Assembly: GCF_000143415.4 (NCBI RefSeq) | Contig: NW_003314334.1 | Location: 327,614-391,613, forward strand | Length of the DNA stretch: 64,000 nt | Source: Selaginella moellendorffii | Taxonomy: Eukaryota > Plantae > Lycopodiophyta | Direction of reading: 5' to 3' | Shown here: positions 1 through 13,919 of the stretch, piece by piece | Position numbering within the stretch: the stretch's first letter is position 1 | Layout: each line of letters opens with the position of its first letter | The notes under the pieces: model-generated | The model's database searches: none | Told to the model about the DNA's origin: nothing | The model's input: the letters and a program-made list of their open reading frames with translations, nothing else | Position numbers and translations under genes: made by a program

Positions 1-1303
1 AATAAGCTCACTAAAACATTTAGCCACTAACTCTGAACATGCCTTGAAGAGGCTAGCTATGCGATCAACACTTAGTCGAAACTAAAGTGAAGACTAGGAG
101 ATGGACTCATATCGGTACATAACCTCCTCATAGACAAAACTATAATATGGGTACCAACATCTCAATCTCAAACAACTAAGTTGGACATCACCATCCTTAG
201 CCAAGGTGTAGGGCCACCAAGACCAAGTCAAGATCAGTGAGAGCTCACTACTCTCATAGAGTCTAACAAAATGCAAGGTGCAACCTGCCACTAAGCACAA
301 CACTATAGAAGAAAGGCACAAGGGTCACCTTTTTTAGAAAAGTGCAACGGCCACTTTTCTACACCAACTCTAGACTCTATTCAACTCAATTGCCTTAGCT
401 CCAAATATTAGCATCCCTTTCGGGTTGCATCAAACAAACTACCTACTAAGGTTTAGACTAACCAAAGTCAACTCTAACCCTTTCACTAGTTTGTATTGGC
501 TTATGAAAACGGAATGGTTTTCAAGCAAAGTGATCAACAGATCAGCCATTAAAAAAGTCTAAGAAAATTTGTGGAAAATTTCCATCCTAGAGAAAGAATA
601 ACTCTTAGTTTAGGAATGCAAACTTTCAACTTCCTCCTATTAATAACTTCATATAGGTTCACCTCAACACAAATTCTCATGACTCAATAGTATGCTTAAG
701 CATCGAACATCTTTACCCATATAACCGACATCCAACATCAATATCCACAAAAATGCAAAATGAACATCCAAGATTTGATCACGAAGACCACATCTTCAGA
801 TATCCATATTTGCACTAACACTCTTCTTCACTCACCTTCAAGATCCAATGTGAAGCCAAAACATTAACAAGGCAAATGACATGGAAAATCAAGATCCAAG
901 GAAAATTCCTCATTACTCAAAATAACAATGCCACTTCCACTAGCACAAGTGCTAGTGATGTCATTACCTCAACTACACATTTTCTCCATCCAACAATTTA
1001 CTCCAAGTGTTAACAGATAAACCAACAAGCCATAACAAGTAAATGCTATAACCATTTCCAACATTTTATAGGTAAACCTAAGGAACAAAATACTAACTTA
1101 AGCTTAGCATAATGGACCACCATTGAGAATCTAGTTAAAGCTTCTACAATGCTACTTTGTGCAAGTAGATTAGCTTCTTCATCAACCACTTTGGGGTTGA
1201 TCATCGTTTAACCAAGCAACTTCATAAACACATTGCTCATTATCACATGGATATGATATAAGAATCACAATGTTTTGACTATTGAGCGACACTACAAGCA
1301 ATA
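1..1303 (-). mobile_element. Decayed Ty3/gypsy-like LTR retroelement family C, copy 1 internal region (continues at 9902-10618 and 31929-32254)
   Basis: 1-1303 is colinear with 35712-36815. 9902-10618 is colinear with 36816-36957, 48157-48348 and 63026-63190. A minus-strand WWPYTLAKD remnant (~190-220) resembles the gypsy integrase WWPTLxKD motif. No intact ORF. Confidence 0.7.
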
Positions 1304-3032
1304 TGTAAGTGACTAATTTTTCCATTCTACTTTAGTCACTTAACCATACCTCTGACCACTTGGAGGAGTCTCATTCACAACCTCCTTAAGTCCAATTTAG
1401 GACTTGGGACTTGCTAGTCCCGAGAATGGCATCTATGCCACTCAACCCTTGCACTTGGTCCAAGTGCTCCACATGTCCAGTCCCAAGACTAACACCCAAA
1501 GGTACCACTGACATATTGGCCCATTACGCTAAGGCCATGCCCATTCGCCTTTGCCGCACTAGTGGTCCAATACCACTTGCATCACAATCCCGTCTCTCCA
1601 AGACTGGGATATCCGTCCACGAGTGGTCATCTCAGATCCACTCCTTAGCATCCTTAGGATGCCCACAAACATGGGGAATAGCCTTCCCCAACATCCTTTT
1701 GTCAGTTCCTGCCAAGTCCCTTTTCCATCCATGGCCATGTTCACCAACACTGCCACTAGATCAAGGCCCGCAGACCCGGCCATTAAGTCCCATTGTCCTC
1801 TAGGACTTCCTCACCATGTGACCATATTCGTAGTCACTACACTAGAGGATTGCTCCTCCTCCTTTCCCCCATTTGGGACTTTGGGACAACATTTTGGAAC
1901 ACCGTGGCCCTATGCGAGCCCTGTGGGTACTCTCCCCACCTTCCACCTTTAAGTGCTCTAGCCATGGGCTTAGAGCAAGGTTCCATTGAGCCACACCAGG
2001 TATCCAAGTAGGTAGTGCCACCCACACTTGGACTGGGAGCATTGGCTAGTTGATCTTCCGGGGGAATTAGAGCTGGCTCTTGAACACTTTACCAAGCTAC
2101 CCCACTTGTCAGTCCGTATTCACTCTAGTCTTGGACTTTCTAGTGGTCAGTTCATCACCCAACACTAGGTCTGGCCTTCCTGGGCCAAACTAGCCTTTCC
2201 TGGCCAAACTGGCTCCACTGCAGTCCTCCCCCTTACTATACTTTTGGAGTTCACCAAACCCCCCAGGGTTTGGGAGACGAACAATTTGGGCTTTCACCAT
2301 GTCAGACTTGAACTTGAACTTGGACTTGGACTTGGACTCGGACTCAGACTCGGGCTCAGGCTCGGTCTCGGTCTCGGTCCTGGTCTCGGTCTTCGTCCCG
2401 GTCTCGGTCTCAACCTCAGACTCCATCTCGGGTCCTTCTCGGACTCCATCTTGGACTCCATCTCGAGTCCATCTCAGACTCCATCTCGGACTCCGTCGTG
2501 GTCCATCTCGGACTCCATCTCGAACTCCATCTCGGGTCCATCTCAGACTCCATCTCGGGTCCATCTCGAACTCCATCTCGGACTCCATCTCGGACTCCAT
2601 CTCGGTCCATCTCGGACTCCATCTTGGACCCCGTCTCAGTCCATCTCGGACTCCATCTCGGGTCCATCTCAGACTCCATCTCGGGTCCATCTCGGGTCCA
2701 TCTCAGACTCCATCTCAGGTCCATCTCGGACTCCATCTTGGGTCCATCTCGGACTCCATTTTGGACTCCACCTCGGACTTTAACTCGGGTGCATCTCGAA
2801 CACTTCCACGTGTCATGCGTTGTTCCTTTTGGGTCCTTTTTTGGAGCCTCGCTTATTGCTCGCTTTATGCTCATTCCTTGAGCACTCCGTTGGGAGTTCC
2901 ACTCCCACTCTCGACCTTTCAAGTCGGAGACTATTAGTCCAAACGTGTTACGCTCCTTTGGCTTTTGCTTCGGCCACTACCACGTGGCACCCTTTTGGCT
3001 CCATTTTGGGGCTTAGGGATTTGTGTCTCACA
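1304..3032 (-). repeat. 3' LTR of A1
   Basis: TGTAAG...TCTCACA; colinear with the other family A LTRs. Confidence 0.92.
2305..2800. repeat. LTR-internal tandem array of CTCGGA/CTCGGT hexamers and GGACTCCATCTC/GGGTCCATCTC 11-12-mers
   Basis: Directly visible. The same array occurs at ~9263-9630, 18422-18815, 24152-24585, 37075-37520, 43485-43762 and 60242-61010. Confidence 0.92.
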
Positions 3033-6000
3033 ACTCCACCACCCATAGACGAAGTTTAATGTCCTCATCGAACGGTAAACCCTTTTATAAAGTAACACCC
3101 GCAGGTATTACCATTTCATCCTTGGCACCCAACCAATATTTGTCTATGATTTGACCCCGAAGGCTCACCATGCCTTGTCCATCCTCGAAGGGGCATAGTC
3201 TTTCCAACATAGAGACTCATTCAACCACCTGGGGTGGTTTGCTCCCCTTTATTGGTTCAGTTCTCGCTAAACCCGTTAGAGACACCTTCTCTAACTCAAT
3301 TCCACTGCTCATTCTCGAGTAGTCCCAAATTCTATTGACATAACCAATTCACCTTGGAACTTTTAATTTTGACTTCTCGAAGTCAATTTCTTTGGTGTCT
3401 TTGACATCTTTCACTGCACATATTGTGCAACGTCACTTCCCATCCTAGGAAGCTCCCCGCTTGAGGGCACCATCGTCCTCCTTTCTATTTTATGCCACTT
3501 TTGCCAACAAGTTCCAGCCATTGTAAGTTGTGCTAGTGCTATCCATGGCCTTATCTTTTAGCTACTTCACCGCTCCCTCTCTTGGAGCTTTCACCTTTGC
3601 CAACTTGGAATATTTGGGAATCCATCCTTGGAAGCACATTTCCTTTCTCACAATCCGTTAGCATTCAACATATTAGTGTTCCATGCCTAATTTTGCTATT
3701 CAGATTCCTTTCAATGAACTCTATGGCCCACACTTGGCCACTAGTTTTTTTGCTTTTATCCATTGATTATTGCACTGAGCAACATAGGATCACTACCTCC
3801 ATTCTCGAGGTATCCTTTTGGTTCCAGGGCAAAGGCTCTACTTTGCTAAGTCCAGTGGGTGCTCACCCCTAGTAGGTCTCTTTAGCAATTTCGGCTACGG
3901 GCTTCGTCCACGGCCCAACTTTGCGACTGTCCCATGGGTCTCTCCCCGAGACTACTTTCTTGGACTTACTATACCATCGTATTGGCACAACTAATTTCCC
4001 TTTAAGTGTCCTTCCCACTTGGTCACTTCAACCAAGCCACACCATTATCAATAGTTCAAATCAACACTTTGAACTGGGAATCATATTCCTTAACCCAAAC
4101 AAAGACCTTGTCTTTGTTTAGCTACAAGATCACCTGGTGATCTCATCTTGACCCCTTAATAGGTCTACCAATAGAAACTAGGTCTTCTAGACCTTTTTAA
4201 ATTGTTGACTATGACCCCAGGGGGGATCCCCCACACTTGGCAGTGCGCCCAAGCTAGCCCTTATGGCCAAGGATCCATAGCAACTGAGATTGGGTGTCCC
4301 TATCTCATTCACCACGTCCTTGGTGCTCTTTGCACCAAAGTGTTCAAGTTAGATATGCCGAACTTTCACTCTAAACAATCTAACCGTGCATCACAACTCC
4401 GAGGCATCCCTTGCTTGGCAGTGTGCCCAAACCAGTCTCCTCACTGAGAGTCCATGACCACCGAAATATAAGTGTCCTCATATTCCAAACCATTACCACG
4501 CCCTAGTGATTTGGGACTCGAACCCAAGCATTAGAGGGCTGGGATTCGAACCCAACTTCCGTATATGCATCTATAGACGGCATCACCCTAGATGCCTGGT
4601 GTGACTCCCCACGCTGGTGCACTAACTTATACTTAAAGCGCGCTATAGATCACAACTTATGAACGTAGTTCCCCCGCACTGCTAAGTCCTCTCACTTGAC
4701 AAGCCTGTGATCATGCATGGACTCCTCCATGCTGGGCCCCATGGGCCACCCCTTTTGAAGTTAGCACCTTCAACTAGGGGATTTGTCCCCCTGACTTGCC
4801 AATCTCACTTAGCAAGTCATCCAGCCACCGTAACATGGTTCATACATAAGCGTGAAAGTCCTTAACCATCGACTTTCATTCAAAGCCCTCTCTTTGAACA
4901 CTTAGGAACTACTTCCCCAACCTTGATAGCCTCGCCTCATGGCCAGCTTCAAGACCACGCTTCTACTACGCCACTCTGATTTTGCGCGCTTTAGGAACCA
5001 TTTACCTTTGGCCTTTCTAGGTACTAAGCTACCTAGAATTGTCTTTGGGAACTTGAAGGAACTTTGTCCCTTAGCTTGTTAAGGCTTCTCCTTTCGCAAG
5101 CTTTCCAATTGCCATATGGTCTAACATGGACAATTCCATGCTTTAGACTTTTCATGGCACCACGGTTGCTAGTAACAACATACTCGAGCACCCACTTGAT
5201 TCTCCACTCCCAACTGACATAACCACCCTTGGTTATGCTCTTTGATTCCTATGATTTGGTTCTATCTCCTTACTACTTGCTTTTGGCCTCACACATTTCC
5301 TTCAGTTATTCGCCTCCAAACTAGGAGGATAGCTTTGCACTTTCTACCATGCCTTAACAAGTATTCTTGGGGATGAACCTACCCAACAGCCTAGGGAGTG
5401 GTTCCTCAATCTGGGTATGCTCATCTTATAATCCCATATACCAGGATTAACGTTGCTACATATGGTCCTTTATATGCCCATCACTAGCCTTGCCAAAATT
5501 CCATTTTTGGCTTTATCCAATTTAGATAGACGGACTTCTTCCATCTTTGCAACCTTGGACATTTGAATAGCACCTTCTATTCATCATTCACTAAGGACTT
5601 AGTCCTTTGGGCCTTATCTATTGCCCTCGCGACATCAAACACCACCTCCGAGTGTTCTAGAGTGTTTGGGTGTCCCAATGATGGCATATTTGACAATGAG
5701 TATTCCCCTTTTCAACATTGACTTATTATATTGCAACATAAGCAATTTATCCCCTATAAGAGTATATCTAACTTCCTTATACCATTAAGAAGTTTTGGGT
5801 AGCTACCTTCTACCAGTTTAAAAAATTATCTTGCACCTTTTGCTTAGTTGCCTCATAGTTGTCAAGTCCTATAACTCATTGCTGGTGCTTCCACACCTCC
5901 ATCATTGTTTTGGTCACCACACTCTACCATATGCCTTCCAACTTAGGCTATGCCATTCCTATTTTCATTGGGATTCCCTTTGGCAAGGGGTTCTTATGAA

Positions 6001-7656
6001 CCCACCAACATAACCTCAAGGTATCACACCTTGGCACATTTGGTATCTCCACACCATTAGCCCCACAAGCCTATCCTTATGACACTACTTATTAGTGTCT
6101 AGGTCTTTGCCAAGACCAATATGGCTGTTCCTCATACTAACTATCCGTTAGCACCGCACCATAGTGTTTGCACCCAACTCTGGGCCAAAATTGCTTTCTT
6201 CTGGGAACATTTTTCCCACAACTTTAGTATGGCACATTCTGCCATCAATGAGATACCTACTGTTCTCATATTTGGATCTTATAATCCTCCCCATATCTCA
6301 TAAAGCACTATACACCTCAGTCCAAATGCTTCAACCAATCCCTTAGAATTATTCCTTGACTCTTATTTGAGTCATCCAGCATTTTGGACTTCATCATCCG
6401 ACGATCTGTGAGGTCCTACCTTTGAGGTGCTAGCTCACTGGAATACAACTTCTTGTATTCAGGTTTTACTCACAAGGACCATCTTTGCAAGTGTTATTCT
6501 GACACTTGATTTGTTCTCTTGGGGCAACCTTTTGCCCCTTAGGACCACTTGTCCATGTGATGAGAATACCAACTCATCCTCTGAGTACACCCCCAACTCC
6601 TTGGGTTGTTCCAGCATTTATTAGAGGTAGCCCTGGCTACCATGTCGAGGACTTGTGTCCTCTTCTGTATTTGACCTCCCATGGTCATCAATTCCGGTCT
6701 CAAAGTTATGAGCACCAGCCTCAACTATATGAGGGTAATCTTGTGACTCCTTTATTGTTTTGGAGTCTACATCTTTCCCGTGATCCCAACTATAGTTGTT
6801 TACTACAACTATGTTAGCTCGTTTGTTGCATCAAATGCTCATCTGGATCACATCCTCACTCAATGAGGAAAGCCTTACACTGTTCCCAAGATCCCAAAGT
6901 CGTTCCATCATTGGCCCTTTTCTATCCACCACCTTGCCTACAAGTTCACATGTGAATTGTAGTGGAGAGCCATGTCTTCCCGACTTGCTACTCCTCAAGG
7001 ACAAGCCCAGTCCTAGGACCTTCCCATGCCAACACTAGGGGTGATATACTTTAGCATCAATAAAAGTCGGACTAAGGAACAGCTCCGATACCAAATTGTA
7101 AGCGATTAATTTTTCTATTCTACTTTAGTCACTTAACCACACCTCTGACCACTTAGAAGAGTCTCATTCACAACCTCTTTAAGTCCAATTCAGGACTTGG
7201 GACTTGCTAGTCCTGAGAATGGCATCCATGCCACTCAACCTTTGCACTTGGTCCAAGTGCTCCACATATCCAGTCCCAAGACCAACACCCAAAGACACCA
7301 TTGACATATCGGCCTATTACGCTAAGGCCATGCCCATTCACCTTTGCCGCACTGGTGGTCCAATACCACTTGCATCACAATCCCATCTCTCCAAGACTGG
7401 GCTGTTCGTCCACGAGTGGTCATCTCAGATCCACTCCTTAGCATCCTTAGGATGCCCACAAACATGGGGAATAGCCTTCCTTGACATCCCTTTGTCAGTT
7501 TCTGCCAAGTCCCTTTTCCGTCCATGGCCATGTTCACCAACACTGCCACTAGATCAAGGCCCGCAGACCCGACCATTAAGTCCCATTGTCCTCTAGGACT
7601 TCCTCACCATGTGACCGTATTCGTAGTCACTACACTAGAGGATTGCTCCTCCTCCT

Positions 7657-8818
7657 TGTAAGGAACCGACTCCCCGAGATGTCGTAGGCTAAAGGATCCC
7701 TGAAAGCATGACCAAAATGACAAAGAGTTCATCGGATGGGACTGAGTCGAAGATCAAGTCCAAGACCGACTCTGAGACCGAGTTCGAGATAGAGTCCGGG
7801 ATCGAGTACGAGACCGAATTGGAGACCGAGTTCGAGACCGAGTTCGAGACCGAGTTTGAGACAGAGCCCGAGATCCAAATCGGGTCTGAGACCGAGTCCG
7901 AGGTTGAGTCCGAAGTTGAGTCCGAGATTGGGTCCGAGATCGAGTCCGAAATCGAGTCCGAGACCGAGTCCGAAGTCGGGTCCGAGATCGAGTCTGAGAT
8001 TGATTCTGAGACTAAGTCCACATACTAATACAGCTCAAGGGGTGAAAGCCCAAAGCGTGTGTTTCCCAGGGGGGGGGGGGGGGCTGCAGGGGGTTCCAAA
8101 AGTATAGTAGGGATAGTGAGGTCCAGGAACCAATCTTGAAGGAACTCTTTAGTGGGGCTTCCAAACCGACTTGAAGTTGAGATTGGGGCCGAGGGGCCTT
8201 GGGTGGGAGTGAGCATGGGCTTGAGTGGTGCCGAAGGGGCCACCCAGGGAAGTGCTCAAGAGCAGCTCCCACTCCCGAAAGGGAAACCAACTGCGGTGCT
8301 CCCGGCTCATGTGGAGTGGTGCCCCATGTGAGTACCTTGTGGCTCATTGGTCCTCGTCCTTCCTAGGGGCTTGGGCCTTCCCTTCGGGATGGAAGTGGGG
8401 GGGTAGAGGTACCCATACCGGGCCATTAGGCCACGGTGTTTCGCCCCGATGTCCCGAAGCAAGTGCTGCACCCAAGGCTTGGGATTTAGAGGGTCCCATG
8501 ATCAAGTCTTGTGGTACCAAGGGGTGTTAGGAATCTGGAGGCTTGGTGTGCTTAGCTGCTTGTGCCTGCGGGGAGTGTAGCCGAACCTTAAGTCCAGTCT
8601 AACCCGGGGAGGGGGATTGGGAAAGATTTGGGAATCCGTAGATGGATGGCTAACACTCCGTTGCTCGTGTAGTGAGTAGTTGAAACCAAGTAGGACCAAG
8701 TAGGAGCTGGTACCATAGGCGAGAAGCTTAGTGAGGGAACTTAGCACAAGCCAAGGCAGAGTTGGTCGGATAAACGAGGTAAGCTGGCAAATTGGAAAGG
8801 AAAAATTTGTGGCTTACA
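7657..8818 (+). mobile_element. Solo LTR, family B, nested in the A1 LTR
   Basis: TGTAAG...CTTACA ends; TSD CTCCT at 7652-7656 and 8819-8823. Contains a GAGTCC/GAGACC array and the GGTGAAAGCCCAAAGCG core shared with family A, in opposite orientation. Confidence 0.88.
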
Positions 8819-9364
8819 CTCCTTTCCCCCATTTGGGACTTTGGGACAGCATTTTAGAACACCGTGGCCCTACGCAAGCCCCGTGGGTACTCTCCCCACC
8901 TTCCACCTTTAAGTGCTCTAGCCATGGGCTTAGAGCGAGGTTCTGTTGAGCCACAACAGGTATCCAAGTAGGTAGTGCCACCCACACTTGGACTAGGAGC
9001 ATCGGCTAGTCGATCTCCCGGGGAAACTAGAGCCGGCTCTTGAACACTTTACTAAGCTACCCCGCTTGTCAATCCGTATTCACTCTAGTCTTGGACTTCC
9101 CAGTGGTCATTTCATCACCCAACACTGGGTCTGGGCTTCCTAGGCCAAACTGGCCTTTCCTGGCCAAACAGGCTCCACTACAGTCCTCCCCCTTACTATA
9201 CTTTTGGAGTTCACCAAACCCCCCAGGGTTTGGTGACGAACGCTTTGGGCTTTCACCCTCTCAGACTCCAACTCGAACTCGGACTCGGACTTGGACTCGG
9301 ACTCGAACTTGGACTCGGGCTCGGGCTCGGGCTCGGTCTCGGTCTCGGTCCCAGTCTTGGTCCT

Positions 9365-9399
<35 letters not shown>

Positions 9400-11060
9400 T
9401 AGTCTCGATCTCTGTCCCGGTCTCGGTCTCCGTCCCGGTCTCGGTCTCGACCTCGGACTCCATCTTGGGTCCTCCTCGGACTCCATCTCGGATTCCATCT
9501 CGAGTCCATCTCGGACTCCGTCTTGGTCCATCTCGGACTCCATCTCAGGTCCATCTCGGATTCCATCTCGGTCCATCTCGGACTCCATCTTGGACTCCAT
9601 CTCGTGTCCATCTCAGACTCCATCTCGGACTCAGGCTCCAAAAAGGGACCCAAAAGGACCAACGCATGACACATGGAAGTGTCCGAGATGGACCCGAGTT
9701 GGAGTCCGAGGTGCGCTTATTGTTCGCTTCATGCTCGTTCCTTGAGCACTCCGTTGGGAGTTCCACTCCCACTCTCGACCTTTCAAGTCGGAGCTTTTTA
9801 TTCCAAACGTGTTACACTCGTTTGGCTTTTGCTTTGGCCACTACCACGTGGCACCCTTTCGGCTCCACTTTGGGGTTTAGGGATTTGTGTCTCACACAAT
9901 ACCCACGACATTACGTCAAAGGTTTATGTGACTATCAAATGCTAACTCAATTTGACAAAATGCAACATAAATGCCACATTCCACCGATAGAGATTTACAA
10001 CACCCAACACCACTAACTTTTGTTCATAACATGGACAAGCTCATGCCACTCTCTTTCCGACCAAACAAAACTAATCTAACACCAAGCTACTAAAGGAGCA
10101 ATAGCAAGCTTCCCCGGAAAAGAATTGAGTATTGTAACCTAAGTCTTCCAATGGCAAGCCTAGACAAAATGGTATAGCGTTTCACCGCTATCCATCCCAT
10201 AACTCACCACTTGTAAGACCACCATAACCGACATGCATCAAGGTAGGGACTCTTGATTGCATAATGTGAATATGAGTAACGAGTTAACACCTCGTTGCAA
10301 ATCATATCTCCAAGAAGAGAAAATGATTTACGTGTGTGATCCTTCGTCCCCGATGACTCTCTTTTCGGCCTCATCTTTGACTAAACCTCAAGCTTGCTTT
10401 CGCACTGCCTTCAATCCAATCCAAGAAAAGTTTATGAGAGAGCAACGCAAAGACTACTTGAACCAATAGACTAATCCCTATAGTCTTGATTGATCCACTT
10501 GTAATCATGCCTAGGAAGGATCCACTAGTGCCGTGCTAAACAGCTACGGACCAGCCTATTTGCCACTCATAGCAAACCCAAGGAGGTTTGTTTTCACCCA
10601 TGGTACATGGAACAACTTAAGCTCTATTTTGTTAAACTGGGAATTGTCATTATCCCACTTGTAAAATAAGGTTTCCAAACCTTTATATAGTATATAAATA
10701 TAACAAAATTCAACTGCATTGAGGCACATGCCATTTTATTTTAAACAAGGAAATGTCTACTCAATCACTTCTCCTCCCCCTGCCACTGCTTCACCTCTCT
10801 CTTCTCCTTGTCATCGTCGTCCAATTTCTTTCCATCCTTTTAATATTGGCTTAGTTGCTCCGAGTCTAGGTGGAGCCCAAGTCCCCATTCAATCTTTACT
10901 TTCCCCTTATTAATAAAACAACTTCGTAGACTTCCAATAACATGCTGTAACACTTCTAGTATAATGCAAATCCTCTCAAAGAATTTTCTTTTAATATTAA
11001 TACAATGGCATGGAACCCCATGCCATAATAAGTTACATTTTTAAATAAATACATGCCATC

Positions 11061-11945
11061 TTAGACTGTTATTTTTTGCCTCCAACGCCTATACAATAAT
11101 CTTGGAATTTCATCACTCTCCACACTATCAGGATTTAAACCCAATAGTAATGCCATCTCTTCTCTAATATGTCCACGCTCATGTTCAGTGGTCGAAGAAC
11201 CCATCTGGTTGAGCAGATTATGAAGATGCGGATAGTGCTTGGCTAGACAATATACATGCCATAAATGATGACTGGTGTCTGTCCGATCAAATGGCTTCTG
11301 ATATACTGTTCCATCTGCCATTTGGTTAATTTCTGCAGCCACCTCCTAGATTGGCCGGTTCTCTATCACCATCACTCCAAGCCGTTTTGCAAGATCCCCC
11401 AGAACATACGGTTTCTTCTCCTTAGTTTCCATACTGCAAGAGATGGGGTGCACTGCATATGTGTGCGTGTTCGCTGCAGTTTTAATTGGTGAGTCATCGA
11501 TGATGAGGATTTCACTTGACCTAGCAATCCGGTTCATCACTACAGCCTCTGGCTTAACGAAGATGGGCTTGCTACCCCTCACATGGACCATAGTCAAGCA
11601 ATCCTCCAGCGTTAGGAGAAAGTCAAATGGTAATATTACTCACGTCTGATCGTGCATCATCTGTAGCAACGTTAATGCATTGTGGCGCATCATGGATGTC
11701 CAAACTCCCAATTGCAAATTGAACCCGGCCCTCTGTTTTAAGTGTTGCATGGTCATTATTAGATCCCACAGTTTCTCCCGTGTGATTAATGTGAATCTGT
11801 CTCTTTTGACCAACTTGCGACCGCAGGCTTTGGAGGGTGCAGTGACATTTGAGGACGAGCCACACTCATGGGAGAAAAGGACACCGTTCAGATCAAAAAT
11901 GATACAGTACCTTCGCCGTGACTCTGAAATGAAATGCGTCAGCAT
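11061..11945 (-). pseudogene. FCP1/NIF-type HAD phosphatase domain, transposon cargo (2 in-frame stops)
   Basis: Three same-frame ORFs give IIFDLNGVL, LGVWTSMM, KPIFVK, LIIDDSPIK and YAVHP, which are NIF/FCP1-homology motifs. Confidence 0.78.
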
Positions 11946-11973
11946 AAAAAATGGTACAAGTCAATTTTACCAT

Positions 11974-13830
11974 CTACAATATTAGCGAATGGTGCTCCCG
12001 ATGGTCATTGAGAGGGTTTTGGTCGAGGAAACGTGAAGGGCAGAAATACTCTCCTTTGCAATGTGGGGTCAATCGCATCCAATGGCGTGTGGGCACATGC
12101 CATTTCAGCTGTAGACTCTGGTACAACTGGCTCAATAGTGGCATGGGGTGGTTCCGATGGCGTGTGATCACACGCCATTTCAGCCGGTGCCTCCGTTGGC
12201 AAAGTGGACATGACCGAACAGGCAGCAGGGGCGGTGTAGGGAGGTTCCAACGGCGTATAGTCAGACGATTGGGCACACGTTGAGTCCATTGGAAATGAGG
12301 ATATGACCGGCTCGGCAGCTGGGGCGGCCTTATGCGGTCCAATGGCGCCTAGTCACCGTCAGTTGGATACGTGGACAAGATTGACTCAGTGGTATGGGCA
12401 GCATCAAGTGGAGCGTGGTCAGCTTGCTTGGCGTTGATATGGATAGTAGCCTCCACCAGCTCTGATGACTCTTGCAGGCAAGTAGAGTCCACTGGTGGAT
12501 CCATATGCATATCCAAATATCTCCCTTCGATTGAGATGGTATCCTCCCTATTGGCTACTAAAAACAAACTCATTAGCACATTGAATCGACTATACTGTAT
12601 TTACCATCAGCTGCTATTGAGGAACTAGGACCGATATCACTTGGGCGCACTGCTGATTCTAAAGGATTGGACATACGTTTCGACCCTTGCTTGGCACTAT
12701 CCTTCCTCGACACTAAAGGCTAGAGTTTGTATCTTAATTCAACTGAATAATCTCTACTTACCATTTGCTTTGCGACCTACATGGACAATGTTAGAAATAG
12801 TAAAAGGTTAGGAATGGATGTACTATTATTTACCTGATGGTTTGTCTTGTATGACCTTCCTCCGCTGCTCTTTGGCCACCTCAGGCTGGCCATCGTCGTC
12901 ATCATCGTCGTCGTCGTTATTGTGATAGTCACCATTGTGAGGACCATCCAAGTCCTCTTCGTCCTCCTCTTCTTCGTCCTCCTCTTCTTTGTCCTCCTCT
13001 TCGTCCTTCTACTCTTCCTGCTCATTATCTTTCTCTGGCTCCTCATCCCCCTCCTGCATTTCTTCCATAGGCTGCTTAGGCTAGATGGCTTGTTCTTCCA
13101 GGACCATCTTGGGAAAATCATCTAGCCGAGTCTCCATCTCAAAATACAAGACATCCATAGCCTGTTTTAGTGCGTGACTTAGGACCGTATCCTCATCCGA
13201 CTGTCTTAACATGGTTTCTGCACGTTCTTGCACCCTTCGAAGACGACGAGATGAGAAAAATGTGGCCCTGACTTGAAAAGCATCCCTCATCCATTGTACC
13301 TCTCCATTGAGATTGGGGAAGGGGAGTCCGCCATAGGAATCTGAGTCAGGAGGTGGTGACTGGCTGCTTTCACTCAGCCCTTGATCTGCAATGAATGGCA
13401 TGAGCACACACGCCATAACCGCGAGGCATTATCTATCATCTTTTCATTACCCTTCTTCCTTTTCGAATCAAACGCCTCTGATCCCGACGACTATCCAACA
13501 TGCTTTCGCTTTTTATGACCACTATCAGTTTGAGCTTGGCTGGTGCTTGCCTATTTTGCCTTTGAAGAAGTGTCTCATGCAAGGAATGGCATGAGACCAC
13601 ATGCCATTGCAAATATAATTTGTACCTCCTTTTTTCCTATTGCTTGTCTGTTTGTCCTTCTTCGACGTGCCACCAGTGCGCTTTTCAGTCCTCGTGTCTG
13701 AATATTCACAATGATCTATAATCAAAATGGCGTGAGGCCTCACGTGACCTTACCTTGTGCAGGTTGTGAGCTCGGCCCAACATGGGTATCTTCAACAGTA
13801 GCTGTTAACGCCGTTTCAGCATCTGGGGGT
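11974..13830 (-). pseudogene. Putative spliced low-complexity/acidic exons between the MTase-like and NIF domains
   Basis: Minus-strand open stretches (13081-13387, D/E-rich 12835-13080, 12005-12560) are bounded by GT/AG-like junctions. The exon structure is uncertain. Confidence 0.4.
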
Positions 13831-13919
13831 GGCCACGCTCTTGCATACAGAGCTTGTGAGATAACATTTAAACTTAAAGTGCGTACTTGCCAGGTTCGTA
13901 GAGAAGATACTGTTTTTCT

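Larger units (their letters stand above)
1304..9896 (-). mobile_element. Non-autonomous LTR retroelement family A (LARD-like), copy A1
   Basis: TSD CAATA at 1299-1303 and 9897-9901. LTRs 1304-3032 and 7097-9896 (the latter is interrupted by a solo LTR), with TG...CA ends. Minus-strand tRNA-iMet PBS TGGTATCGGAGC at 7082-7093 and PPT GGGTGGTGGAG at ~3034-3044. The ~4 kb interior has no long ORF. Confidence 0.93.

Noticed and set aside
2190-2937. Many overlapping RS/ET/LG/MESE-repeat ORFs (also ~7700-8100, 9040-10016, 18192-19028, 23921-24970, 36937-37612, 60201-61233)
   Set aside because: They arise from stop-poor tandem arrays inside LTRs, are open in several frames on both strands, and are not frame-conserved between copies.
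4510-4622. Bona fide tRNA gene or SINE
   Set aside because: No proper acceptor stem, A-box, anticodon loop, tail or TSD is evident. Kept only as a tRNA-like structure.
3033-7096. Protein-coding capacity of the family A interior
   Set aside because: Only short ORFs, with no RT, protease or integrase core motifs in any of the three copies.
9130-9260. Hammerhead ribozyme (retrozyme) or group II intron domain V at GGTGAAAGCCC
   Set aside because: I could not assemble a CTGANGA...GAAA three-stem core or an AGC-triad helix.
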